From Podarcis pityusensis (lineage: Eukaryota): 64,000 bases of DNA. Positions 24,362-41,528 of this stretch are shown in pieces. The notes below the pieces were generated by a model. That model saw only the letters and a list, made by a program, of their open reading frames with translations. It was not told where the DNA came from and did not search any database. Each line of letters starts with the position of its first letter. Positions within the stretch are counted from its first letter, which is position 1. The position numbers and the translations under genes were made by a program. The DNA lies in assembly GCA_964106645.2 (NCBI GenBank), contig OZ067040.1; one strand, given 5' to 3'.

Positions 24362-27064
24362 TAATCCTATATGTTAATAGCAACCTCATTTTCTGAGTGT
24401 GGATCCCTGTCCAGTAAAATGTCATCACCCATGCTGAAGAAAGGCATATCAGTCAGCTTGGGGAAATCCCATGGCTTGCCAAAATATATAAAAAATAAGG
24501 GACTCAATAAAGCTCTGATCTGAGCATGGACAGTAGCCACAGGATGCTGGCTGACTTGTGGGAAATGAATGGGACAGGGAATGGGGTATCCGAGAAGAGG
24601 CACGGCTGGAACCCTAGACAGCAACACTTTCCACTGCAACAGATTCCACTTGTGGCAGGTTCCACATGTTCATTCATTCTTAAGGTCTTGGGGGGGCATA
24701 ATAAGAGGCTGTATAGAATATAGAACTGAGAACCTCCCTGCAAGTTTAATATCTTAAGATTAGAATTCAATACACAACAGGGGATTTATGCCTCATGTTA
24801 AGCTTGGGCTATCCCACATCATGAATCCAAAACTCCAGGGGAGTTGCATCTGTAAGACACCTCAGCAGTGTGCTCTGGGTGCAAGACACTTGCAGGTGTT
24901 GCCAAGAACACCCAAAACATGCATAAATGAACAAAATTGGGATTGTGCACCCCAAACTTAGCTTTCGGTCACCCCTGCACCATACATCTACATGTCCAGC
25001 AGAGTAGAAGAGGAGGCAGCATATGAACCAATGCACAAGCCACTCTCAAGCATAGTTCTGTAGAAATTAATAATGCGCCAGTCTGAGCTGCCCAAATGTG
25101 TCTGCTTGAAGTTTGAGCATGCATGCACTGACATGTATTATGACAAACTTGTAAGACTAGATACGTTCAGAACAAGGTAACTATAATCTCTTAACAACTG
25201 AAATTTAGAGGTTTCTTGTGAGATTCGCATTAATGCTGTTAATATAAAGTAAGTTTGCACAGAATGCTGGTTGGGATGTTTCAAATAACTATATCAAAAC
25301 ATACAGTAAAGAGTTCCACCAGGCTGCAGATTTATACCCACTCTCTAGAGAATAGATCCCATTTAATTCAGTGGGTATAAAAATATTCTGAGTAGATATA
25401 TATTGGATGGCACTGTTAGTAATTTAACAAATTTTTGACACACAGACTATGTGATTGCTGCAGGTTTTATCACCTATTCCCTACTCTCGAGATATAGATG
25501 CTTCCAAAAATCATGTTCTGGAATGATATGTAATAAAACGCATGGGAAAAATTTACTGCTTTTAGTGGTATGGCTCAAGAACTGTGGATTGTATCCAAGT
25601 CATCCTGTTCCCACCAGGACTTGTTCCCACCATGAGATTTCCCCTCCCCCTTCTCTCACTGCGCACTCTAATATGCTCCATAGGATCAAGGGAACTCCCC
25701 AAAACAGATTTGGGAAGCACACGGGGATTGGAGGGAGGAAGTTCCAGCACCAGCAAAAAGACTTTGTAGGATACAACCCTATTTAAACGTTTCCAGATGT
25801 GAACATTTAGAAACAAGTGTCTATTTTACACACAGATTAACACAACTGAAGTGCAGTGGATCACAGTGGAATGCAATTCAGATACATAATCCAACCTAAT
25901 TAGTATATATTGTTGTTTAAAGCAGTTTGGGGTATTATATGGGACCTATACACAGATGGCCTCACTTTCTAACTGGAACTACAAATAAAGTGTTGGGTTT
26001 TTTATAGAGAATGAATGTCTTCAGTAAGGTTGAAGGGGATGAAGGTCCAAAGTCCCGTACTTCCTTCACTTTGAAAATGCAAAAGTATATATATGCAAAA
26101 GCATATATGTGCATTTCCGTTCTAAAAGACACATGGGAAATCCTGAATTACTATTATTTTGCCTAACACAAGCACAACTAACCATGCAGTGTGCACATAT
26201 CAAATTAGGCCATGGCATAATTTCAATGTGAGATTATGGTGTCTTTACATCTTTCATATGGGGGTGGGGGACTGCAGGGACAGGGTCCAATGCAGCCCTC
26301 CAAGTTTCTCTATCTGGTCTTTCCCCCCCCCCCCATGCCCTCCCCACTAAGACCCTGTCCCTCAGATGTCCTGCTTGGCACTCTCGAGTGTTTTTGCCTT
26401 GAACTCCAATAACACTTTTTGCTTGCCTGCATGGAGAACAGAGGTGTATGTGTGTGTGCAGAGATTAGCCTACTGTATAAAAGTAAAATTTACACTGATT
26501 GCTCCACCCTCATTTGTCCCTAGCCCCACCCACCACTGCCATGTGGCATTTGGGACATGGAACATGCCCAGGAGGGAATGTAGTCCTTGAGCTGAAAAAC
26601 ATTCCTCACCCCTAAATATATGCGTTTTTTTACATGTACGAGTCCAAATGTACAAAACTGGGTGCATGCCGTGAGAGTGGGTCTTTGTCCTATTGCTGTT
26701 GTGAATGCCTATAGTTTAGCCAGTAATGAAAACATGCTACCAGTGTCACCAAATTGCAGCAAGGGACATAATGGTGTGTCATCTGCAATCATGCAGATTG
26801 CACTGAGCAGGCAGTAGGACTATAGGATCTCCAAGGTGCCTTACAACTCTTAAAAGGCTATGATTCCATAACCAATTTCCTAGTGAGTCTTTATGATTGT
26901 GAAAACAAGTTTAAACAGGCAAGTGCACAACGGCTGATGAAATCTCCAGTTGGATGTGCTGCAGGGGGAGCTTAGAAGTTGCAATGGAGGAATGGGACTA
27001 GGCTTCAGTGTTCCATATTGCTCCTTACCTTCACTTGTTGCCTATAACCTGCCAACCTCTGCTA

Positions 27065-27300
27065 TAAAGACGCTGTTAACCTCTCAGCAAAACTCTGATT
27101 GCTGCAACACGTTATACTTGGGGCTTCCTTTGAAAAGCGTTCAGAAACTACAGCTAGTGCAGAATTCAGCAGCCAATTGTTGACTGGAACCAGGTGGTCA
27201 AAGCATACAGCACAGTTCTAGTCCGACTGCATTGGTTGTCAGTTTGGGACCCCGATATCTTAAGGACTGCATCTCTCCATCGGAACCTACCCAGATCCTG
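27065..27300 (+). mobile_element. Degenerate L2-type LINE ORF2 C-terminal fragment
   Basis: Translation ...DCCNTLYLGLPLKSVQKLQLVQNSAA...LHWLSV matches the L2 'LDYCN...L..LQLVQNAAAR...LHWLP' signature; disrupted by stops and indels. Confidence 0.75.
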
Positions 27301-29982
27301 CCAATACCATCAGAGGTCCTTTTCTGTGTGCCCAACCTCTCCCCTACCACAAGGTGTGGTAGGTGGCAAGGCAAGATTTTTTCTGTACATGTATATAAAG
27401 CAAAACTCAATAAAAATTATTTAAAAAGAATGGGCTTGTCCAGTGTTGTCGCCATTTGTAGAATGCTTTTACCCGGGAAACATGCCTGGCTTTGGCATTG
27501 TCAACTTTCAGACGCTAGGCAAAGCATTGTTCACCTAGGCTTTTAAGTTGTTAAATAGGATCATACTAGAGTCTGATTTAGCGGTTTTATTTGGCAGGGT
27601 AGACTCTGTCACAGCAGTATTGTTGGATGAATAGTTTTTACATAAAATGTGCACTTTTGTTGCATTTTCTTGATATATTTTTTTAAATGTTTGTTAATCC
27701 TGTTGCTTTGAGTCACTCTTTGTGTAGAAAGTGACAAATAAATGCTGGTGATGATTGTAATATTCCCATGGTTAGCAAGAGCTGGATAAATTAGACAAAT
27801 ACATTTGTTTTCACATAATTTAAAGTTACAGTATTGACTTGGTTCAGTCCTGCCTGCAAAGTTCTTGAAAATAATCAGCGTCTATTCGAAGGGCTGCAAG
27901 TATAGCTGTTACTTCCTCTTACTTTTGGCAGGGTGTTTGTACTGTCCTCCTAAGGTATCTGTTCAGTCCAGTCCTCTCCATAAGTGGCTGGTGCCCTGGC
28001 TCATCCTAAAGCGGACTGGACTTCCACCCTTTCTCCAATCCCAAAACTGCCATTAACCACCTCCATGACCATAACTAGATATGAATCTCTTTAGATTTTT
28101 TTTTTTAAGTCAGTGTACCCAAGCGGTATAAATAGCCTAAAGTGCGGCAGGGCCCATGGTGTATGGTAACTGTTCAGTGTAGTCTGGCAGCTAGCCAGAC
28201 CCTTAGATATTTATCATCCTCTATATATAAAACTGATTTTGCACAGCATTTTGAATTGTAGAGAAAAAGGTTAGGAGCTCCCCTACCCCAATAACAAATT
28301 CCTTTGACGTCTCTCCTGATTTGTTTCAGAGCTGATCTTGTACAAGGCTTTCAATAAGCCTTTCTCATACAATCTTGCATGGAAATAGACTTCACTGTGC
28401 TCCAGTCTACCCGACAGCCGCATTTAACTGACATATATCTTGAGAACTGGTGTTGCCAGCCAGAAAGGAGAGGCCTAGGTTATCAGCCCAGTTCAGCCAT
28501 GATTGTCTAGGGCACACCCTAATTCCTCACGTAAAACTGTTCTTCACATGTAAACGTTGGTAAATATTGATTTAGTTCACACAGCTGGAGCTTAATAAAT
28601 TGTTAATTAGTACAGATTAGACATGACAATCTATACAAAAGATCACATTTCAATATCCACACAGTCCAGTGAGGAGAGTTGTAAAATGGTTTTAAACTTG
28701 TTCCCTTCAATGTATACTGTATATTGTATTTTGTGAACTACGCTGAGCTTTAGCAACCGATTAACACCTTGAACCAGCCTAATTAATATGTTTTTCCTGT
28801 GATACCTCCCTGATCCTAATACTTAGAAGCAAATCATTGATTTCAGTTAAAAAAAAAAATCTGATGTCTTTGTTAGTAACGTGGCATTGTTTGCCACTGC
28901 AAACACAAGAGGTACAGTAATTCTGGGGTAGACAGAGCAGATCAAGAGATTTTCTGTATGTGCCCTAATCCAATTTTAAACACTTTCCTGTACAATAAAC
29001 CCATTTGCTTCCATTCCTGCTCCCAATGTGATCTTAGCTTCCTATACTGGAAGAATGCGAGTTCATGAAATGTGCCCTACATCGGATTAAAATTAACCCA
29101 CAACAAAAGCATGTGATCTTATGAATGAGCCCTAGACCACAATAATTGATCCTGAATGAAGGGATATGATACAAGAGCTCTAAAAAGTAACATTAGTTTG
29201 AGATAAAAGGGTGTGCTTGTTTATGTGGTTTTGGACAGGAGAGTTAGTGGCCGGATTTAAGAAAACGAAAAAACCAAAGTTACGCTCCTTAAGGCTGTAA
29301 TCCTACCACACTAACCAGGGAATGAGTTCCTTCCGAGTAAGCATGCACAGGTTGACCCCAGCCTTATTCACACCTTGCACCGAGCACAGGTACAAGCGTA
29401 TGTGAAAGAGTGTACACGTGAACAAGTCGGTACAACTGTTTGCGTATGCAGGTTACACACTCACTGAATGCAACCGTGAACACCCTTACAGTAAAAAGTA
29501 CTTGAGTTTAGCACGGGTCCAAACCTTGTTTTTATCTTGGGCGCCCCGAGCAGCTAAGGCGGCCCTGCTCCGAGTCCTGGCCCGCCCTGACTTACCTGGG
29601 AGTAAAGCCTATTGAACAAAGGAGGCCTGTTTGCTGGCCAGTTCCCCTTCCCGCTCCGCAGGCGGGGCGAGGCTGAGCGAGGGGGGTCCCAGAGCCGCCG
29701 CTGGCCAGCTCCTTCCCGGCGCGGCCGAGAGGGAAACGCGGCGGGCGGGACAGGCGCGTAGGCCGCAGCCTCGCCTCCCCTCCCGCCCTCAGCCCCGGGC
29801 TGTTTCCTTCCTCCCCATTTTCCTTCCTTCCTCCCCTCCTTCCCGGGGCCTGCCTGCCCGGGCACCCCCCTCCCCGAGCCGGGGGCTTCTTTCTCCTTTC
29901 AGGGCATGGCGGCTCGGGGGACTATTTGGGACAGGAGCCCTCCTGGCCCGGGGGGCGGAGGAGGTCCCGGCCGGCAGACACT

Positions 29983-30179
29983 CCTTATACGGCCCGGCCC
30001 GTGTTACCTGGGCGCGGGCCAGGCGCTCCTTCTTTGGGCAGCCCCGCGGCAGCGCAAGGGGCCTGGGGGGCTCCGGCCAGGCCGCCCGGGCTCGCTCGGT
30101 GCCCGACACCCAAATATGGAGACATTCCTGTGGGTCGGCGGCAAGGGAGGGAAGAGCCCGGCCGGGAGCCTATATAAAA
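29983..30179 (+). promoter_or_regulatory. ACTA1 proximal promoter: three CArG/SRE boxes, M-CAT (TEAD) site, TATA box
   Basis: CCTTATACGG 29983-29992, CCTTCTTTGG 30028-30037, CCAAATATGG 30110-30119, CATTCCT 30123-30129, TATATAAAA 30171-30179; the classical skeletal alpha-actin promoter layout. Confidence 0.92.
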
Positions 30180-30197
30180 CCCACCGGGCTTCCTCGC

Positions 30198-30265
30198 AAG
30201 CCCACCGAGCTGTAAGAGCTGGGAGAAGCAGCAACCGGAGCTAAGAGCCAGGAACCAACCCGAAG
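30198..30265 (+). other. ACTA1: ACTA1 non-coding exon 1 (start approximate)
   Basis: Begins ~25-30 nt after TATA; donor GAAG|GTGAGG at 30265/30266; matching acceptor at 32142/32143, 12 nt before the ATG. Confidence 0.75.
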
Positions 30266-32142
30266 GTGAGGAGCGGGCGGGCAAGGGGGATGGATCCGGG
30301 CAGGACCACATGATGTGGGGGGAACTCCCAGCCACGCGGCCCGGGGGATACCCGGGAGAGGGAAGGTGGAGACATCGCAAAGCCAGCCCGGAAAGGAGGG
30401 AGCCTTCCAACTCCTCTCCGGTGCAAAGCAGAAATGGGCAACAGGGAGCAGAAAACAGCTGCATCCAGCCTTCTCCGCCTGGCGTTCTTCAATTGCCACT
30501 GCTATTTTTTTTTAAAAAAAGTTTTTTTACATTAAATTATAAAAGAGATCCTGCCTGCATCCAGCCTTAGTTTAAACCAACCCGGGAGCAAGCTTTCAAT
30601 TTATGCATAATCTCTCACTTGGCTTAGGCTGCTACTGAGAGTTGTGAAGATTCTGACACACACGCTCATATTGTAAGATGGAATTATCCGTAGTCTGCAG
30701 AGTCCCACGGCAAGGATCTCTGAGATGCGGGCTCAGGGTTTGACTCTGCCACCCACGGAACTCTTGTGACTTTCAACAAGTCGCTGCTGGCCACTTGGAG
30801 GGGACTCTGAAGGAGAGGGGAGGCTAGAACTGACAGCTGACAAGTTATAAATTGCCTGGGATGAACAAATCCACTTCTCACTTGGAACATAACTGGTTCC
30901 ATTGGTATTTATCATTAAATTAGAAGGCATTGCCTTGGCTTTGAAGGATCCAGCCCTTTTATTACCGTGTTTTATATTACTGAATGAATGGTAATTTTAC
31001 TGAGTGTTAGGCACAGGGTGTTGAGCTACAAAGGACAGGAACCATTTTATTTGAAGGATGATTCTGGGTTATTCTTTTTTCATCCTTTGCTTCCCTAATT
31101 CCTGAAGGTTTCATACACAGAGAAAGGGCTCACCCAGTTGGAAGCCTCTGTTACACCAAGCCGGATTCTGTAGGGTGTAACTAGTCCTGAAGAAAGTCAG
31201 GGGTCCCCTTGTCCCCAGGACAAAGGACAATCCATCATTTGCAGCACTACAGCTCAGAGTGGTTAGTGCTGCCTGGAAGTACAGGTATGGCCAGAAGGTT
31301 TCTCAAGGAAGCAAGCCTTCAAGCTTTTCCTTGCAAACCGTATATTCCACAAGGGAAAATATCCCCTATTTTGTGAGCTGTTGCACGCTGTGTCGTGCTG
31401 TTCAGATTGTGTGGCAAGGTTTGGGTTATCTCCATTGAGATGTAAAATGGACCAACCTTATTCAACTTTGTCACTCTCTGAAAGTGCTAGTCACTTTAGA
31501 CATGTGTCAAAAGTTTGGGGGTGATGCCTTTGCTAAAGCTCTTCAGCATACTTCTAATTCCAGGTACAAGAGCATAATACCTTGTATATTAGCATCTTAA
31601 TATGGGGATCTAGAAGTGGGTGGCCTGCACATGTTTTAAGAGGGAGTTTGATTTAAATTTTATTTTTCAAAGTGTACAGCTCCAACCCTAACCACATTTA
31701 CTATAGACCAAGTACCACTGAATTCAGTAGAGCTTCCTTATTCAAAATGTGTTGGGTTGCATTGTAAAGCCTAACCTATTACTCTGGAAGTCACTGGAGA
31801 CAAATGGGACTTCATCCTAAGTAAATGTGATTCAGTTTCTCGACCCCAATAAGTTCATCTAACTGTGCTGAAGATTCAGCTGTTACTTGGTGTTTTAGTT
31901 TGCAGATCTTTATTAACAATAAAGTAAGCAGGTAGAAGGGGAACAGAAAATAATCTACTTTGTGGCCAGCGTAAGAACTGCTTTCTCCAGATTGATGGCC
32001 TATACTCCCCCACCATGGGGGAGACCCCCCTGTCAGACTTCCATAGATAAGAATTCTGCCTGTAGCCTCTAAGCTTTTGTGAGTGGATGCCTGCTGCCTG
32101 GTTGCCTCTTGTGAACTCTTCTTGCTTCTGCTTCATCTCTAG

Positions 32143-35748
<3,606 letters not shown>

Positions 35749-36017
35749 ACATGTTTACAAAAAAAAAGGATCATTATTATTACTTGGTTACTACTCTCAG
35801 GATGACGACATTGTGAGTTGCAGGCTGTTGAACACCTGCAACAGCCACCTCAACGTTCTATTTTGTAACAATGTCTTTGTTGCTGTTGCTGCAGACGCCA
35901 TGTGACACTGAGTGTATGTAAAGTGTACATAAAATTAATTTATTTTACCTCATTTTGTTATTTTTCAAACCAAGCCCTGTGGAAGGAAACCAAAAACAAA
36001 AAAATACTTCAAGAAGC

Positions 36018-36023
36018 ATTAAA
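36018..36023 (+). terminator. ACTA1 polyadenylation signal (ATTAAA variant)
   Basis: GAAGAAGCATTAAA-like context 270 nt after the stop codon, resembling the vertebrate ACTA1 3' end as I recall it. Confidence 0.7.
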
Positions 36024-39000
36024 TCATCAGTCATTCTGTCATGCCCCAATGCAGCTGGCTTTGTGTGATTTATTGCTCTCAAATGCTGTGGGTTGTGCTA
36101 TATCAAGCCTTCTGGCTTTTTTTCTTTCAAGTAGTTGCAATACATAAATGGGATGGGGAGGTGCTTTAAAAAGGGAACCCACGTGATAATGTTTTGGGAT
36201 TCTATAAAGAGACTTTGATTTCCAGAAATCCACACACACAGGTTTCTGTGAAGAGGGTGTGCTATTATAGATGGCTCGGTCAGACTGAGTGATTAACCCC
36301 AGGTCACCCATTGATAGCTAAGCAGGGATTTTAATTCATAATCAAATCTAATGCTCTCAGTCTGTACCACACTGGCTCTCGGGACTGTTGGTGGAAAGAG
36401 GAAATTCTTTCTAAATAAGAAAAATAATTTCAGTTGCATTCTTGTGTTTCTAAAGAAATCTAGTTTCTGCCCTCACAATCAAGTTTTACAAAGATGCATA
36501 ACATTCATAACAGACCCAGTTGTTTCCTTGCATTGTACAAACTCCTTAACGAGATAAAAGTTGTTTTCCTGCAGAATTCAGAGGCACTGTTTAAGGATAT
36601 CCACAACTGCCTTATTGCTAATTCAGGCTAATGGCCCATATTCTTGCCTATCTGTATTGCTGGAGAGTTTCCACCAAAGATCTGTCCAATAGTCCTGCTA
36701 TGCGAGATCCTTTAACTAGAGATGCCTGGAATTAAACCTGAGATATTACATATGCAAAACATGTGCTGTGCCACTCAGCTATGGCTCCTTCAATTACTGG
36801 GTGTCAAACCTAACTGAGCCAAGGACCTAAAATACCCCAGAGGGCAGGACAGATTAGCACAGCACACTTGGTGTGCAAAGAGACTTGCAGCTCCCAGCTG
36901 TTCTTTTCTTTACCATTCCCTCTAAAGGAATTGCATTAGATTCTCGCTAATGTTTGTTGGGCTACCATACAGTTGGAAAGAGTCTGAAGGTCATCTGGTC
37001 CATTTTACTTCAACCAAAAGCCTGCCACATCCCAAAGGCTCAGAGCAGGTTACAGTGTGGTATCATAAGACCATTTCCTGTTTGGAAGACCTGCAGTCTA
37101 AAGGAGTTTAAAACGGAAATCACTTGCACTTTTGGCTTTACTAAAGGGGAACTCCTTCCTTCCCTGACAGCCCAGCCCTCCATTTCCATCATTCCCATTC
37201 TCTGGATTCTTAGAAGCATTTCCATCCTCCCCAAGGCAGCACAAACTTGCCTGTCCTTTGTACCTTTTCATCTCACCCATCTACCTACCTCGCTCTTGCA
37301 CACACACCCCACTTGGAAAAGCCTGGTATAATCTAAACCTGTCTTGGCTTCCCAAATCACATCCCATACGTGGATCTGTGACTATGGACGTGGATCCATA
37401 GATGGCTGGGGCCCATCACTACCTTTAGCATCTTCCAAGCAGGTAAAACAGGCTTTGAAGCATCCACAAGGAAGCACAAGGAAGACTTGTGGAGCCTTCG
37501 CAGAAATCCTGCTCCCATCTTCCTTCCAGGGCAAGTGGGCAGTCCTTGCATGGTGATGGGATCCTTGGCAGCTTAGCCCCACTGTATGTCAAATCAGAGA
37601 GCAGGTGCAGACCAGAGGCCCCTTGCCAGAGGAGACTAACACAAGGACACATTCAGTAAAACAAGCTCAGATCATCAGGCTTGGTAATGAATCAAGCCAG
37701 CTTTCTCAGATGCCTTGCTGGAAATGCTGCAAACGACAGATGTCTCGATGACACAGGGTGAGAAAGCTGATACTTTCGCAAGGCTGCACGCCTTTTGCTC
37801 TCTTCAGCAACAGTGGGAGCAGTTGCAGAAGCTGGATGGGATTCTTCCCGTAGAAGCCCCACACAGAACTTCGGGAGAAAGAAACGAGAACAAAAGCCAA
37901 GCTCTTCTGCAATTCATAGAATTGTAGAGAGTTGGAAGGGACCCATCTGTTCCATACCCCTGCAAAGCCCCTCCATCGAAACTCATGCAGGAGATGTTTC
38001 TAGTGACTTGCATCCTTTATTCTGGGGGTGGGTGTGAAATATGTAGATCTAGCCCATGGGTCCTCCTCATCTGACCTACTTTCTCCAACCCATGGCAATT
38101 TAGCTTAAACAACAGCTTCCCATTGGAGCCAGCAGGAATTTTAATGGGGGAGTGGAGCTCAAGAGGAACCCTCCAGTGCTGAAAATAGAATGAAAAAAAT
38201 AAAAACTCTCCTGGTGGCTTCAACGTGAGGCTGTTTTCAAGCCCAGTTGCGTCAGAGGGGAACATTTGGGAGAGGGAGGGTCACAGCTGGGGAGAAAGTT
38301 TATGCATTCTTGGGAAGCAACGTACAGTGTAAACCGATGCCAGTGACAGATAATGGAATGTGATTCTATTAACCGGGCAACACGTACGTCAGACAAGCTG
38401 ACCTTGGCAAACTGGAAGGGAGCAGAACTGAGGAATTTGGTGCTTCACAATGTTACCAGGAGGCAATATCACCTGAGCAAAGCTGCTCCTTCTGAACTGG
38501 TTTCTCGGCACACTCAGAGTAAAGCCTCAAGTTCTCCTCAGGTGCCAAAAGGTCTTGGGCCAGCCCTGTATGGGGATAATACAGGGCAATTGTAAGGATT
38601 GCAAGAAGAAAATGTATGGGAAGTGCTTTGAACACTTGAAAGCTCTATACAAATATAACGATAATGCCTGCTGTTACTATTACTACCATTCCTGAGTTTT
38701 ACTAGGAATTCTCCTATATCACAGGGCTGATATGAGCGCCTAATGTTTCTTCCTAGGCTTCAGAGAATTTATAGGCTGAACTTGGTGAAGACCTATTTAT
38801 CCAGCTTGGAACAAAACAAATGTTTTCAATTGTTTCTGGGGATGTGCAGAGAGTGGGCACCTGTTGTATGTTGACAGGCCTGCTATTCCACAGAACAGGG
38901 GCAGCCCTGCTTCTGAGATCTTTGGAACACTCAGGAGAAACCCTCCCGCAGACCGCAGGGCTCTTCTCTAAAGTATTCCAAGAGTGCTTTGCAAATATAT

Positions 39001-39452
39001 GCCACCGGCTTCCCGTCAACATGCGGAATGCTTATTTCACAAGTCAGATATAGCAAGGCGGCAGGGCTTTAAAAATAGAGAGGCCTGGCTTGCAGACCAT
39101 AAAATGCAGCTCCCAAGGAAAGCTGCCCGGGAGGTTCTTGCTTGCCTGCCGCCTGCTTTCAAAATTTCATTGTGCAAATCTTCACATTATCCAGATAGTT
39201 GCCGTACATCCAGCGCACGTGTAAATCCATCCTATTTCAGGGAGCAGCGTCTTCAGAATCAGACCCTGCTTGCCCCTCTCGGTTTGGCTTGCCCCCTTCT
39301 TGTGGCCCCAGACTTCCTTGAAGTCAACCTGTGCTTATTGGTGGACCATAGAACTGCATAATCTTCCTGCTATTCCTATCGCCCTTCCTGAGTCTGGAGG
39401 GCATTGCTGGTTGAAGGGATATATATGGAAAGGAAGGAAGGTGCCTTCAGCC

Positions 39453-39593
39453 CAGTGCTTTTCTCCTTGAAAAAAAAAACGGTGCTGGTACTCACCATGA
39501 AGTTGTTACAGTGAGTTCCACACTTTTAACCAGCACTTTGCTTCTGGGGGGGGGGGAGGTGCCAGTACTGCATCCCCCAGAAAAAAAGCACTG
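39453..39593. mobile_element. Short TIR element (hAT-like MITE)
   Basis: Ends CAGTGCTTTT / AAAAAAAGCACTG with an internal inverted repeat; no clear TSD. Confidence 0.5.
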
Positions 39594-41002
39594 CTGGTAC
39601 TTATTGGGATGGTAGCATGGAATGCTAACAGTGGCTGGAGCCAGAGCGAAAGACAGGCAAGTGAAGTAGTTCTTGGTGGGGGGTTTTTGTCCCCATGCTC
39701 CTCCCTGCTGTGTTCTACAAGGAAAATCTGGAGACTAAGAAGGAGCCACCCCTTGGACTGGTTGTGTGTAAGAAGGCAGGCAGGTTGGGGGTGCTTGAGG
39801 TTGAACGGATCAGCTTCCACTGTGTGCAACATCTATGGAAGGTCCACAGGTCAGTGGCAGAATGGCCTACTTGTATTCAGAAGGCCCTGAGTTCAGATTC
39901 TGACACCTCCAATTGAAATGATCAGAGTTGGCTTCATCAGGACCAGGAGGAGCAAATTGCATCGCCTGTCACAAAATCCATTTAGAAACAAACCAGAGCC
40001 CATGCTGAGCCAGTGTACACACAACGAATGAATTCAGCGTAGCACTAAGGAGATTGTTCTGTCAACATAAGAATTCCGCTTGACTGGCAAAACCATCTCC
40101 CTTTTCCTCTCTCCTGCACACTGTTCTGGGGGTTCCCACAACCTTCCAGAGCAGATCGGGGGGGGGGGGGCGGCGTGCGGCTGCACCAGGAGAGGAGAGT
40201 GAGGGGAAGCTCCATTGTGCTAGGAACAGTCCTTGAGCTAACATTCACTAATGGAACTGAGTAGCTGAATCTGGCCCTATACCTTTAAAGTCTAGTCGAA
40301 AGACACTGCCCACCTCAGAGAATTCTGGGCCCTGGGCACACTCCTCTCTTGTTTGCCGAGGCAGTTTGTTCAGGGTTGCTGGGAATTGTAGCTCTATGGG
40401 GGATAAGCTACAGTGCCCAGAATTCTTTGCAGGGGAAGAATGTTTCTTGAATGTGCTTTAAAGTTATAGTGCGTATATGCAGCCTGAGTCTCCAGGATAG
40501 GGAAACAGCCTCTATGGAAACCAATAGGTTGTAAGTTGAAATCTAAGGCTCTTCTGGGATATTAGCTCGAATAAAAAGGAATTTACCACATACAAAGGCT
40601 CTAAGCTCCTGAACTTTCTGCTGGGCCACTGTTTAGCTGGAGGTCTCAAGTCTTCTTTGCACAAGGGAATTCTATATGAAAATCACTTCCCCCTCCTGGA
40701 GCGACCACCAAGCTGTTACTGTGTTGATGAGAATCTGAGTGTTGAGAACGTTTCTGTGGCTTAAAACCTTTCAACAACAAAAAAAGATACCTGAGGATTA
40801 CCAGAAGTTCTCCGTTACATGAAGACCTTTGGCAACATTGCAGTTCATACTGGATTACCATAAGGCTCTGTAGGTTATAGAGGCAGCCTCAAAACTTTTA
40901 TTTCAGAGTAGTTTAAATATAGTAGCCAAGATATTTGCCTTAAACTAGGACATTAGCCTTCATAGTAGATTGCTCTTTCAGGGCCAAACTAGATGATAAT
41001 TT

Positions 41003-41528
41003 TGTACACCACCCCCGTTTCCAACTGGGGCACTATTTCAAGGGTTCCAGGCGCTTACCAAGAATTTGTGTTTCTTTTGGAATGAGGGGCAGCGGAGACT
41101 GTGGTGTCTTTATGATATATGGTTTATTTACACATATATACAACTTGAGCCTACAATGGAGGGGCTCATGGCATTAACACCCCAAGATGGCCTTGCTTCT
41201 CCCATAGCTACAACCTTGGATTCAAGCAGAAATCAGGCATGGCTCTGTCTCTCGCTCTGGCTTCCCAGCCTGCATCTTTGCTTCTAGCTTCTAGCTCACA
41301 CACCTTAACTCTGCCCTTTGTCTTTCTAAGTACCAGCAAGTTTTGGGGGAGGAGGGGAGCATTTGTCTTCTGGCTACATCCTTTGTTTCTTAGGTACCTT
41401 TGTTAACCATACTAAGGCCATTAACTCATCAGGAAGCTAACCGGGCTATTCCAAGAATTGAATCTGTGCTGGATCCAGGAATTTGTAGGGGGTTCAGGCA
41501 TACAGCCCACCCACCCCCATTTATAACA
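41003..41528 (-). mobile_element. Putative solo LTR (~526 bp)
   Basis: TG...CA termini (minus strand TGTTATAAAT...GGTGTACA), minus-strand AATAAA near 41122-41127, LTR-like length. The TSD is only a partial match (ATTT/ATAT). Confidence 0.4.

Larger units (their letters stand above)
29550..30490. promoter_or_regulatory. CpG island spanning the ACTA1 promoter and exon 1
   Basis: Abrupt rise in GC and CpG density compared with the AT-rich flanks. Confidence 0.85.

Noticed and set aside
29554-30570. Many overlapping ORFs (up to 194 aa) at the ACTA1 promoter
   Set aside because: GC-rich CpG-island artefacts; the region is explained by the promoter and non-coding exon 1.
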